DNA from: Flaccisagitta enflata
Lineage: Eukaryota
NCBI GenBank assembly: GCA_965153355.1
Contig: OZ231126.1
Location: 48,670,001 to 48,734,000, forward strand
Length of the DNA stretch: 64,000 nt
Direction of reading: 5' to 3'
Positions 1 to 12,200 of this stretch are shown in pieces. The position numbers and the translations under genes were made by a program. The notes under the pieces are model-generated. The model was not told the origin of the DNA and did not search any database. It worked only from the letters and a program-made list of their open reading frames with translations. The first letter of the stretch is position 1. Every line of letters begins with the position of its first letter.

Positions 1-2554
1 ACGTGGGCAGCGACCACTATCCTGTTCATGCTGTTCTTCAATTTGACTCACCCAACACTACAAATCCTCTCAAGACAAGAAAACCCGAAAAAATGAATAC
101 TACGAAATGGAATCGAATCTTGAGAGAAGCATCGCCGATACAGAAGGCATCCACGCCAGCTGATCTTGATCTTAATGTAGAGGCCATTACTAATCAAATA
201 AAAAATGCCTTTGAAGAAAGTTGCCCTGAAACTGTAATCCGACGGCGACCTAAATGCAATTTCACACCTGAAATCCAGGCCCGGGTCAAGGAGAAAAGAC
301 ACTTACGACGGCAGAAAAATGATGCCATGGCCAACGGTGATTATATTGCAGTAAGACAAATCATGACTAAAATTAACCGTCTTGGCAATGAGATAAAAAA
401 AATTCAAAAAAATGAAAAGAAGCGAGAATTGGAAAAACATTGTCAGAGCCTCAACACTGAGACAAATCCCAAAAAGTTTTTCAGAACATTTGGCATTTTG
501 GCAAATCCGATCCTCAATGATGAAACTTCAACGTCGACGCAAAGACCAGTGGAGGATGAAAATGGCACAAGAGCAACTTCTGCTAAAGAAAAAGCCAACC
601 TCTTTGCTAGTCGCCTTCAACGCATCCATCAGGAGCCTGACTATGTAGGTTTCGACGCAGGATGGAAAGTATCAGTTGAGAGATATTTAGCTGAAAATGA
701 GAAGATATTCAAAGTTGAAAATGAAAAATCTTATCTCGAAAATGAATCTGGAGATGACTCTGAACTATGTAACCCAGTGAGCGTTGATGAATTTGATAAA
801 AATCTTGCTCGATGCAAGAACAAGTCCGCAGCTGGCCATGACGGTATAAGTTATCATCTTCTCAAGAAGGTACCAGATGAAACGAAAAAAAGCTTATGCC
901 AAGTCTTCTCCGATGCTATTCGACTTGGATACTTCCCAAAACTCTGGAAATCGGCCACTGTCAAAGTCATACCAAAGCCAAACAAAGATACTAAATATGC
1001 TAAAAACTTCAGGCCCATATCACTTCTTTCATGTGTTGGTAAAATACTGGAAAGAATTATTGCCTCAAGACTGTCGTTGCATATGGAGACCAACAAAATG
1101 TTTGCAAATTCTCAAAGTGGCTTTAGACGCAAACACATGACTAGTGAGCAACTGTTAAGATTATTGGAAGCAAGCCATACCGCATTCAAAAAACAGCAAA
1201 CCACCGCAGCTTTGTTTCTTGACGCTGAGGCAGCTTTTGATCGATGCTGGCACAGTGGAATTTGGTTCAAACTGAAGAAAAATCTAAATCTTCCTGATCG
1301 CATTATACGACTACTGAGCTCATTCCTGACCGACAGAACTCTAAAAGTGCTCTATGCAGGATGCTACTCACAATCCGTCACTCTCAACGCTGGGACCCCC
1401 CAAGGTAGTCCTCTGTCTCCACTAATCTACATCATATTTGTCAACGACTATCCTGATGAGATCCAAAACATGAGCAGTGTATCCCAGTTCGCCGACGACA
1501 CAGCGTTGTGGACATCAGCCTATACGGAATCATTCGCCATTCACAAACTGCAGAAATCGCTCAATCTTCTCGAGGCCTGGTGTAGGAAATGGAGAGTGAA
1601 GCTAAATGGCGATAAGTCAAAGTTGCTGCTTATTGCTAGGACCCGCGAAAAAAACTCTGAAAACCACGCGCTCCACCTCTTCAACGATATAATAAGGCCA
1701 GCTCAGAGTGCAAAATTCCTAGGGATTGAAATTGACAGGCTTTTGTCATTCAAGAATCACATTGACTCAATATGCAAACGGGCTAACACGCGACTAAATG
1801 TGCTGAAAGTTCTCTCAAGGAGTGGCACAGATGCAGCTACTCTTATGCGACTATACACTATCTATATACGGCCAATCATTGAGTATGGTAGTATTGCTTT
1901 CCTCGCCGCTCCTAAGTCCCAAATCTCTCGCCTTGAAAGCATTGAAAATGACGCAATTCGTACTTTTCTAAGACTGCCCAGGTATATTCGGAACACTCTA
2001 CTGCATGATTATGTTTCTCTAAGACCGATAACAGAGCGGTTATTTGACCTGAACTTTTCTCTACTTGGCAAAATGGGCAGAGTGAATGTTCATGTAGAAC
2101 AACTGATACAGGATTATAACCCGCCAATTATCAGCTCAAATTCATCTCCTCTGGATCTTATCCTGAGTGGCAGAAAGAATTTGTAACAAATTGTAACTAA
2201 TCTATATGAATTTCTAACGGTAAAATCTAGGCAAAACTGCCAAGACAACTTTTCAATTTTATCTCATTTGACACCGATGAAACTTGTTTCCGTTCATGAT
2301 TACACAACTATTTAATGTTTTTGTTTGCTTGTGTTTTTGTTTTTGGTTTTGGTTTTGGTTTTGGTTTTGGTTTTGGTTTTTGTCTTTGTCTTTGTCTTTG
2401 TTTTTGTTTTTTTGTTTATTTATCTGTATTTAATTGATGCATTTTAAAATTATTTGAACCGGGGGGAAGGGATTTGACTCTTGTTTGAATCCATATCGTC
2501 CCTTTGTACTTGTTATTATTGCTTGTACAATAAACGTCTTTCATTCATTCATTC
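1..2554 (+). mobile_element. LINE 3' portion with 3' UTR, AATAAA and (TTCA)n tail
   Basis: ORF2 stop at 2186, then a T-rich UTR, AATAAA at ~2529 and TTCATTCATTCATTCA running into a satellite unit. Confidence 0.9.
3..2186 (+). CDS. Non-LTR retrotransposon ORF2 (end of APE endonuclease + reverse transcriptase), Jockey/I-group-like; 5' end off-window
   Basis: 727-aa uninterrupted ORF with APE terminal motif GSDHYPV and RT motifs FRPISLLSCVGKILERII, QSGFRRKH, LDAEAAFDRCWH, GTPQGSPLSP, QFADD, KFLGIEID. No RNase H seen. Confidence 0.95.
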   Translation: MGSDHYPVHAVLQFDSPNTTNPLKTRKPEKMNTTKWNRILREASPIQKASTPADLDLNVEAITNQIKNAFEESCPETVIRRRPKCNFTPEIQARVKEKRHLRRQKNDAMANGDYIAVRQIMTKINRLGNEIKKIQKNEKKRELEKHCQSLNTETNPKKFFRTFGILANPILNDETSTSTQRPVEDENGTRATSAKEKANLFASRLQRIHQEPDYVGFDAGWKVSVERYLAENEKIFKVENEKSYLENESGDDSELCNPVSVDEFDKNLARCKNKSAAGHDGISYHLLKKVPDETKKSLCQVFSDAIRLGYFPKLWKSATVKVIPKPNKDTKYAKNFRPISLLSCVGKILERIIASRLSLHMETNKMFANSQSGFRRKHMTSEQLLRLLEASHTAFKKQQTTAALFLDAEAAFDRCWHSGIWFKLKKNLNLPDRIIRLLSSFLTDRTLKVLYAGCYSQSVTLNAGTPQGSPLSPLIYIIFVNDYPDEIQNMSSVSQFADDTALWTSAYTESFAIHKLQKSLNLLEAWCRKWRVKLNGDKSKLLLIARTREKNSENHALHLFNDIIRPAQSAKFLGIEIDRLLSFKNHIDSICKRANTRLNVLKVLSRSGTDAATLMRLYTIYIRPIIEYGSIAFLAAPKSQISRLESIENDAIRTFLRLPRYIRNTLLHDYVSLRPITERLFDLNFSLLGKMGRVNVHVEQLIQDYNPPIISSNSSPLDLILSGRKNL

Positions 2555-3574
2555 AGGGTCATGAAATTTTTTTTGGACATCAACAACAGTCCCTAAAAGG
2601 AATTTTGGCCCTTGGTTCCTACGTCCCTGCATAACATGGCGATGCAAAAGACGATTTTTGAAGTCTTTTTTTTCTTAATTCCGAAGGCGATTTTTGGTAC
2701 TTAGAGTGCTCCGATTTTGATGAAATTTTACATGGAGGTACTTCATAATGTGAAGTATCTCCAGTAAAAATTATGTCCAAATCGGTGAACTTTAAGGGGG
2801 GTAACAACATTCTTTTTCATTTAAAAAATCGCGAAAAACCCAATTTTTTTTCTTAATTTAGGTCATGGAAATCTTTCTAGCAAAAAAATTTGTCATCATG
2901 AATCTTTATTAAGGTCGATAACATGTGCATGCAAAATAATTGGCCGATATTTCAACTTTTTTTTAGGTTACAACTTGAAAAAAGGCCAAAAATTGTCAAA
3001 TTTCGCGTTTTCGGGTCCTATGGTCTCCAAAAAAGTGTTATTTGACACCCAAAAAATGCTCTCAGGGTCATGAAATTTTTTTGGGGCATCAACAACAGTC
3101 ACTTAAAGGAATTTTAGCCCTTGGTTCCTACGTTCCTGCCATAACATGGCGATGGCCCCGGCCAAAAGACGATTTTCGAAGTCATTTTTTTCCATTTTTT
3201 GATTTCCGAAAGCAATTTTTGGTACTTAGAGTGCTCCGATTTTGATGAAATTTTGCATGGAGGTACTTCTTAATGTGAAGTATCTCCAGTAAAAATTTTG
3301 TCCAAATCGGTGAACTTTAAGGGGGGTAACAACAACATTTTTCATTCAAAAAATCGCGAAAAACCCAATTTTTCTTAATTTAGGTACGTGGAAATCTTTC
3401 TAGCAAAAAAATTTTTCATCATGAATCTTTATTAAGGTCTATAATATGTGCATGAAAAATAATAGGCCGATATTTCAACTTTTTTTCAGGTTATAACTTG
3501 AAAAAAAGGCCAAAAATTGTCAAATTTCGCGATTTCGGGTCCTACGGTCTCCAAAAAAGTGTTATTTGACACCC

Positions 3575-4098
3575 AACTAGTCATCCAAGGATCGCACATG
3601 GTCAGCGGTACCCGATGCCCTGCTGGGAGTGATTCAGTGAAGAAGTGGAGTGAGAGCAGGGCAGCGGCCCCAAAGGGCCGATGTCCTGTAGAACACAGGG
3701 GGAATTTCCATACGTCCTGAGGAGGCATATTTCTGGCAATAGATGACTGATTCAGGCCAAAGAAGGCATATTTGAAGGCTGGAGGGCAGAATTGAGGCTT
3801 TGAGAGTGGATTTGAGGTTTGGAGGGCAAATTTGAGCCACAGAGGGCTGATTTGATGCTTGGAGGCCTAACTGAAGGTCTGGAGGGCAGATCTGAGGTCT
3901 GTAGGTCAGATTTGAGGCGGGGGGGAGGGGGGCTGATTTGAAGCCTAGAAGGCTGATTTGAGGCCTGGAGGGCTAAATTTAGGGCTGGGAGGGCAAATTT
4001 GAGGCCTTGATGGCCAACGGGGGGGGGGACGGACGGACGGACGTATGGAAATTCCCCCCTGTGTTCTACAGGACATCGGCCCTTTGGGGCCGCTGCCC
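3575..4098 (-). mobile_element. DINE-1/HINE-like element, family A (subTIR GGGCAGCGGCCCC...CCTGTAGAACACAGGGG, internal 21-bp repeats)
   Basis: Offset inverted repeats at ~3659-3715 and ~4040-4098, a (GGAC)n tract and a GCCCTGC/GCAGGGC hairpin. Inserted in an A-run, with the empty site visible at 3044-3068. Confidence 0.75.
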
Positions 4099-4345
4099 AA
4101 AAAGTGCTCTCAGGGTCATGAATTTTTTTTTGGGCATCAACAACAGCCACTAAAAGGAATTTTAGCCCTTGGTTCATACGTCCCTGCCATAACATGGCAC
4201 TGTCCCCAGCCAAAAGACGATTTTCGAAGTCATTTTTTTCCATTTTTGGATTTTCGAAGACAATTTCGGGTACTTAAAGTGCTCCGATTTTGATGAAATT
4301 TTGCATGGAGGTACTTCATAATGGCAAATATCTTCCAGTAAAAAT

Positions 4346-5064
4346 CTGAACAGTAATTAGGTCATGACGGAATTTTTTGCGAAAAATAAGGAGGTACTAG
4401 ATAAGCGTTAGTAGTGAACAACAGATGTATGAAAAAATATAGCCAGCTCAGTATAATAACTTCTTAAACTGGTTTGAAAAATAACACTTGCCAGTGTTAT
4501 GCACGTTACTACTCAGGCTGGTAGGCTGGTTGGGTGGTAGGCTGGTTTAACGGGATAAATAGTTTGCGTATCACTTTGAGTCCTTCCGTTTAGAGGCTCA
4601 CATCTGAGGATTCAGTACGCCCGTTCAATTTATTTTGTGTTAGCAAAGCCAAAGTTACAAGTTTTTCACTTTTAGGCCGGTTGGCTGGTTGGGTGGTAGG
4701 TCGGTTTGGCCGGTTAGCATGCTCAAATGCATATAAATCATATACATATGTTGAGGCCTTCCATTTAGAGACTCCATACCAAATTTCAGCCAAATCGGTT
4801 GAAAAATGCCAAAGTTATGCACGTTTTTCACTTTTAGGCCGGTAGGCTGGTTGGGCCGGTTGGATTGGTCGGATCACAAAAATCGGATAGGATGTAAAGC
4901 GCCTTACCCTAGCGCAACGGCGAAATATGAGTAAAATCCAGTCGGCATAAAAGTTATCAATTTTTTAAAATCCGTTACGACAACGACAACGACGACGACG
5001 ACGACGACACCCACCCGCCTTGAATTATAGTCCGCGTCGGAATGATATTCCGTCGCGGACAAAA
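4346..5064 (-). mobile_element. HINE-like element, family C (core CATATGTTGAGTCCTTCCATTTAGAGAC, terminal hairpin GTCCGCG...CGCGGAC)
   Basis: Interrupts the satellite at CCAGTAAAAA|TTTTGTCC. Related copies at ~5490-5600, 13890-14385 and 39340-39655. Confidence 0.65.
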
Positions 5065-5984
5065 ATTTTGTCCAAATCGGTGAACTTTAAGGGGGGTAAC
5101 ACAATTTTTTTTCTTTTCAAAATTCGCGAAAAACATGTTTTTTCCATATTTAGGTACCTAAAAAATTTCCGAGGTTCAAAATTTTTTACATACAACTAAG
5201 TTAGGGTCTGATACATGTGTGTGCAAAATTTCATGGCTCTACTCCATGTTTTAGATAGGTTTAAGGGCCAAAAACGGTCAAAAATGGCTAATTTTGGCCA
5301 TTTTGGGCACTTTTTTTGGGGACGTTCGAACTAGCACCTGAAACTGGGTATAATGAACCTGGATCAGTGTTCCCCAAGGTGTTACGCACATTTTAAGACC
5401 CAACTTCATAGGTATCAGGGGACTCGCCCTTTTGACCCCCCTAAACTTTGAGCTACAAACCGAAAGACCGCAGACGGGGTAGACCAGTTTGGCCGTTGAG
5501 CATGCTAAAATCTTAATAAATTACAATCATATGTTGAGTCCTTCCATTTAGAGATTCCATACTGAGTTTCAACCAAATTGGTTGAAAAAATTTGATTTAG
5601 CTGTAACGATTTGCTATTTTCTTTTTGCTCTTTGTTTTTGTGCTACACTTTATTTTGATGTGTGAATACATACGATATAAACAAGCCCGATCGGGCAACT
5701 AAATGCGTCATCTGCGTGATATTTGAATAGGACGGACGGACAGACCCTCTTATAGAGATGCGATGATGTATCTAAAAACGGAACGTTTTACTTCTAGTTA
5801 CTTCTTGTGGATGTTTGTGTGTGATGGGGGTTGGATGCCTCCGTGGGGTGTTCCAGATCAGGGCTATGGTCTCTGATGGGGCTGGCTGTAAAATTGGAGT
5901 TGTGGTATAGTTAGGGAAAGGCCCCGGGCTCCATAGTTGGGCACCCAGAGGCCCCTACGAGTACCACCACCTCTGCGAAGGTTG

Positions 5985-7055
5985 AAAAAATGACCAAAAA
6001 TAACAAAAAATGACAAAAATACTTAGAAATTTAAAAAAATTGATTATTTTGGCAAATTAATCCAATTTTTTTCTCTGGTTCACATAGATGTAACTTATAG
6101 AAGTGGTCTAAGCCGAGAAATGGCCAGTGGATGGGATAGGGGGCTGTTAAGAACCCAAAAATGGCCAAAAAAAGACCTAAAAATGAACTGTTTTAAGCAT
6201 GCTCAAAAATTAATGAAAAATAATGAAAATTTTTCCTCCTCAGGGCAATTTTTCCACTCATATAGGCTGAGTGGAGTGCAAGGGGCTGATAACTGCAAAA
6301 AATTCGACCCTGGAATTAAAAACAGGCCCTGTAGAGGTCGAAATAATGACCAAAAATGACCAAAATTGACAAAAACGCTTCAAAATTTAAAAGAATTGAT
6401 TGATTAGGCAAATCAACCCAATTTTTTTCACTGGTTCATACAGTGGTAAGTTCTTGAAGTGATTTAGACCAATAAATGGCCAGTGGGAGCGTTTGGGGGA
6501 CAATAAGAACCCAAAAATGGCCATAAAAGACCTGAAAATGCTTTTTTTTACACATTTTCAAATCAAATGAAAAATAATAAAATTTTTTCCTCCTAATGGC
6601 AATTTTTCAACTCATATAGGCTAAGTGGAGTGCATGGCGCTGATAACTGCGAAAAATTCAACCCTGGAATTAAAAACAGGCCCCATAGAGGTCGAAATAA
6701 TGACCAAAAATGACCAAAAATGACAAAAACGCTTCAAAATTAAATAAAATTGATTAATTAGGCAAATCAACCCAATTTTTTTTACTGGTTCATACAGTGA
6801 TAAGTTCTAGAAGTGATTTAGACAATTAATTGGCAAGTGGGAGCGTTTGGGGGCCGATAAGAACCCAAAAATGGCCAAAAAAGACCATTTTTTTACACAT
6901 TTTCAAAATCAAATGAAAAATAATGAAATTTTTCCTCCTAATGGCAATTTTTCCACTCATATAGGCTGAGTGGAGTGCAAGGGGCTGATAACTGCAAAAA
7001 ATTCAACCCTGGAATGAAAAACAGGCCCCATAGAGGTCGAAATAATGACCAACAA
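5985..7055. repeat. ~350-bp tandem repeat, 3 copies
   Basis: GAGGTCGAAATAATGACC recurs at ~6335, 6688 and 7033, with a diverged version at ~5980. Internal blocks are shared. Confidence 0.85.
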
Positions 7056-8215
7056 GGCCAACACCTATAAGTCGCCTGCAAGACATAAATAAAGATGACT
7101 TTTACTGACTCAAGATGTCTTAAAATGACTCAAGACAACTTTAAATAACCTAAAAAGACCTAAAATGACTGAAACAACTACTTTGAAAAAAAAAATGATA
7201 TGTATTTTGTTCAAATACTGGCCACTAAAATTAGGAACGTTTTATTGTACTAAACATTGCTATTTTTGCTCTAAAACCTATATGTATTTGAATATTTTCA
7301 TTATTTTTTTGGAGGAATTTTGTAGTATTAGTTAACATTAATACAGTAGTAAACTTAAGATATTTTAGCATGTGTCTAAGAGGCCAAAAAATGACTTTAA
7401 AAGGCTTAAAATTGAGAAAATAAACCAATTTTTTTACTATTCTAAAAAAAAGTACAGGAAACTAAACCACAATATGCAAATAAATTCAAAATACAAATTT
7501 TCTAAAATAGCCAAAATTGGACAAATTCACTAAAAATTGAATCAACATGTATAAATGATCAAAATACACTTCTTTCAAGTAAAATTTACAAAAAACAATG
7601 AAAAAATAAATTAAAAAAAAATAATACTATTTTTTAGATAACAAGGCCAGATAGACGGCTACCCCAGTCACGTGCTCGTGGGCAGGGGCCGTATTTGAGG
7701 TCACTTTCATCATTTGGGCAGGGAGCAGTGACGGGCAGAGTCCCCCTGTGTTCTACAGGGACTGACCAACAGACGGACAGACCAACGGACGGACCAACGG
7801 ACTAATGGACCAATGGACTTTCAGACCAACGGACTAAGCGAGGTGGGGAATCGCGTAGCACATGACTAAAAAAACGTTACTAATTTTATTGGTCAATTTT
7901 TGACCAAAATAAAAGTCATATTCTGATTCTACACCCTTTTAAGCACCTCTGTGCAAAAAATAAAAATTAATTCCTTTTTTTTCTACACCCTTAAAACTGA
8001 GATATTTCAAGTCTGGGGATCTGACCGCTACGACTTACAATATTGATTAAGATTGACATGAAATAGAAATAAATTTTTAGGAAGTTTGGAACGATTGTGA
8101 ATGGGCAAAAAACAAAAGGGTCTTTGCGGCTATCTGCACGTTTGTAGGTCTATCTGTTATTGATGTTGGTGTCATTAGCGTCCCTTCTAAATCCACTTAT
8201 TTCTCTATCTCTCAG

Positions 8216-8366
8216 CACCGTGGGTCGGCGATCAAACCAAAGGTCGCGGTCTGTTCCTCGGGACATTATCCCCGCTGGAATGTCTGAACTCATCGATCGA
8301 GGTCTCACCGGTGGATCAGCAACATTCGGGGAAGCCATTTTCAACCCTAGACCAGCATCAGAAGTG
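8216..8366 (+). CDS. Probable SAPCD2-like internal exon ([16 protein letters not shown]...PASEV)
   Basis: Pyrimidine-rich acceptor TTCTCTATCTCTCAG, donor GTG|GTAAGG, open frame. Confidence 0.55.
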
Positions 8367-9145
8367 GTAAGGAAAAGTGGGAAGTTTGGTGAAGCCATTT
8401 TCAACCCCAATTAGATCATCAGAAGTGGTAAGGAAAAGTGGAAAGTCCGGTGAAGCCATTTCTAGTCGCGTGCACGCGACTCTACAACCTGCTCTGTCGC
8501 CGGTCGGTCGGTTGGTCGGTCGGTCGGTCAGTCACTATTTTTGCGATTTTATTTTTGATCACTGCTCCCGCCATCGCTGTTCACTGACCCAACACGCTTC
8601 TTCTTCGCCCACCCGCACGCTTAATTTCGGTAGCCATGTATCCGGCCTTGTTAACCTTAAGTGTAGATCATCAGTAGTGTTAAAGTAGGAAATTTGAGTC
8701 AATAACGACAGGTGCAGAACAAGTAGATGCATCTCACATAGATTATCAAGCAAATTACTCCGGGATTGAACAAGGCGTCGATACACGGCTACCCCAGTCG
8801 CAGCGGGGTGGGTAGGAGCCATAGTTGAGGTCATGGAACCATTTGGGCAGGAGCAATAAGGCCAAACCCCCATCAACGCCTCGGAAAGTAAAGTGTGACG
8901 GACGGACCGACAAAGTGTAGAGTCGCGTAGCACGCGACTAAAAATGAAGCTTAAGATATCTAGGCAATCAGTTCTACTGAAGTAAATGTCTTCAGCTGAG
9001 TCGTAAGTCTTAATGCCTTTTTTTCTATTCTTTCCGTTAATGCGCGCTTTTCTTAACGACATTTGTTACGATCTAAATCGGTTGAATGTCGTCACCATAA
9101 ATTTCACCACTTACGCATAAAAGCAATTTGATTTTGCCATTTTAT

Positions 9146-9228
<83 letters not shown>

Positions 9229-12200
9229 ACGTGCATACTTTCTTCCACATACTTTCCCATACTTACATCCACGCACACACCCATACTTTCTTCCTCATGC
9301 ACACACACGCACGAAAAAAACAAGCACTCACACACACACATACTTTCTCACACACACACACACTCTCACACACACACGCGCGCGCACCACGCACACACAC
9401 ACACGCGCACGCACGCACACACACACACACACTTTCTTTCCCTCTCCGCCCTCCCCTCACCAGCACTCCTCGCCCGAAGGCAAAAGTCAACCATCTCATT
9501 TCTCTCACGCTCCCACGTTAAAATCTCTTCAATATTCACCGAGTCTGGAGAATCGGCACGGCCATAGGAAAGGCGCGGCTCTGGGTGTGAAAGGCAACAC
9601 CCTCAAGTGAAAGGCACGCAGACAATTGGGTGCTAATGGATGGTGATCAAGAAAAACACGCGCTGATGGGCGTTGAACGCTCAAAACTGACAAAATATGA
9701 CACTATACATCACAATTCAATCGAAATTAGGCGACTAGAATTAACACCCATTGATGTATGGGAGCTTCAAATTCGCCACGTCCCCAATGTAATTCAGAAT
9801 TGAGTAATACCTTTAAAGAACCCTCTTCAAATTAGGTGAAAACATGTGAATCTTAAACAACTTTTAGCACCATTTGAACAAAAATAAATTTGATTTGAAA
9901 GTAGATTTTTATCTCTCTTTGGGAAAGATTCTTCAAACTTCCATGCCCACTAAGAACCATCCAAAACCAATTTTCCCGGGACGTTCAGGATGTGGCGTCC
10001 CATGCCTCCATGACAACAGCGATGCTTGGTTACACTTGCCTAATCTAAATCTTGCCACTATGACTTCTGTTAATGTTCTTACAATTTTAGTGAAGTAGCT
10101 TCACTGTTAGATTGAAGGAATTTCCTTAACATAAAACAGGTAACGGCTATAATAGCCTCTAGTTTTGCCAATTGATGTTTTTTTTCCAAGAGTATTTTTA
10201 TGTAAAAAAACACTATGATTGTCTGAACATTGTAACATTTACAACTGACTTAAAAATCCACTTTCAATATGCCTTCAAACGTGATAAAAGAATTCTTTGT
10301 CTGCTGAAAGAACATTTTCAGTGTGTTTACTCATTTTGATGTCATGCGTTGTATTTTTTTCATATAAAGTTGATGTATCGCCTTGTTGATGCTTGTAAAA
10401 ATAAATGTCGTTAACCATGACTTCAGTCCTCCATCAAAATAGTTGTATTACTTGTAATATGCAGCTGTAGTTATTAAACAACCAAGGCAGTGTTAGAAGT
10501 CAGCTTAAAAAAACATAACCAAACCAGGAATGAGATACAGCTGAGCTTCACTAAAGCGCATGCCAAGGGACTTAAAAAACTATGCTGCCGTAGAAAAAGA
10601 TTGATAAAAATACCTTATAGTGAAGCTGCCTTATTGCCAATATAGAATTAACTACTAAACCTCTCAAGGGACAGCGAGTTGTATGTCTTACTGGGTGCAT
10701 TCTTGAGGTGCTCCACTGTACATTGTGAATTTAGTGTCTGCGAAAGTCTTTCTCGCTGGGACAACTACTAATGACCTGCTTTAACGGCCATGTGTGCGGT
10801 CTGAATCACAGACATAACCTGGTACAGATAATGAAAGCTGTGATTTCCCAAATCAGGAATACAGCTTTGAGGGTCAACAAGAGCAACTCATGTTCCAAAT
10901 GGCAAGGATCGCAGAAGTTAACCAACAATTGGAGGGTCTCATTCAATGCAAAGATAAGGTAAGACATCCGTCTTCAATGAAATGTTTGAAACCAAAGTGA
11001 TGTCTCTTGAAAGTCGCTCTTATGGTCCTAGAGACAAGGCTAGATTCAAACGCCAGATTCAAATTTATCTATGTTAACCCTCTGCTCTTCAGTAGGTCTT
11101 GCTAAACAGCACACTATCGGAGCAAAGCCGGATATGGATTGTATGCCCCCGTCACGGTTGGGCAGGGGCAGTGATACAAAAACGGGTTGAAATTCATGTT
11201 ACGGACTGACAAACCGACATAGCAACATTTTTTGAGTCGCGTGTCTGCGACTAGCTAAGAGATCGTAAAAGTACAATTCAACATCACTCTCACTGATTTC
11301 CTGCCTCTCTGGGCTAAGAAACAGACGAACAATCTCATTGTCACCAAGACCATCGGGTAAAGTGTGGAAAACATACGGAATATATAACTTAGTTTTCGGC
11401 CAACTTGGCAGCCACATACTGGATATATACATATATCAACTAGAATTGTTACAGCCCTGATTAATCAGTGATTATCATTTCTAACGAAAGCCGATTAGCA
11501 ATTGACTAATCACGGGCAGACCGCAGACCACTCAAAAGGTTTCATGAGGGTCGCCGCATCAAGAAATCAAATACGAGGCCCCCGCCATCGGACCCATGCG
11601 GTCTGCCTTGGGGCGCTATCCCTCTACTCATTGCTTAGCTATATCAACCTCATAATTGTGTGTCAGTGCGCAGAAGCTCACAATTAACTGATAAAGAAAC
11701 AGGCCTGTTTATTGTTCTAATCCGGAAATAATCAAAGGGTTTGGAGATGGGGGACAAATTGCAAGGGGGAAAGAAGAGAAAAAGAAAATTTGATGAAAAT
11801 AAAACTTTTGGCAGCATCAAATCATAAAACATGACAAGTAAAACACAATTTAACATTATTTAAACCTAAAACACTGTCTTGTCGCTTTAAATGGGGAAGA
11901 AAACATAGATTTCAGAACGTGACGCAACCCGCCGCTTTTAAGAAAACGGCGGGGGGGCGGGAACTATTCAAAGATCATAGAACTATATACATCCCTGTAA
12001 AGAAACCCAACGAAAAACCGTAAACTGGCTAACTGAGTCGCACTCACGCGAAAAAGTGTTTCATTTATATCGTTTCTGAATTCTCTTCCTTTCATCATCA
12101 GGCATTTCTAGACTCGATGAACCTCGCCGTCAGCACCGCCAGACCATCGGATGATGTCAGGTAATGCTCCATGAAGTCACGAGCCGAAGTGAGGCACTTT

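Larger units (their letters stand above)
2555..5110. repeat. ~508-bp tandem repeat, interrupted by two insertions
   Basis: CAGGGTCATGAA...CATCAACAACAG recurs at 2555, 3063 and 4111. The unit resumes at ~5060 after an insertion. Confidence 0.85.

Noticed and set aside
3575-4098. Hammerhead ribozyme or tRNA-derived SINE in family A repeats
   Set aside because: No CTGATGA...GAAA core and no convincing A/B boxes; the structure fits HINE subTIRs.
9111-9610. ORFs of CV/HT/LS/RE dipeptides here and at 25321-26056, 26766-27982, 32853-34337, 51787-52177
   Set aside because: Dinucleotide microsatellite translations.
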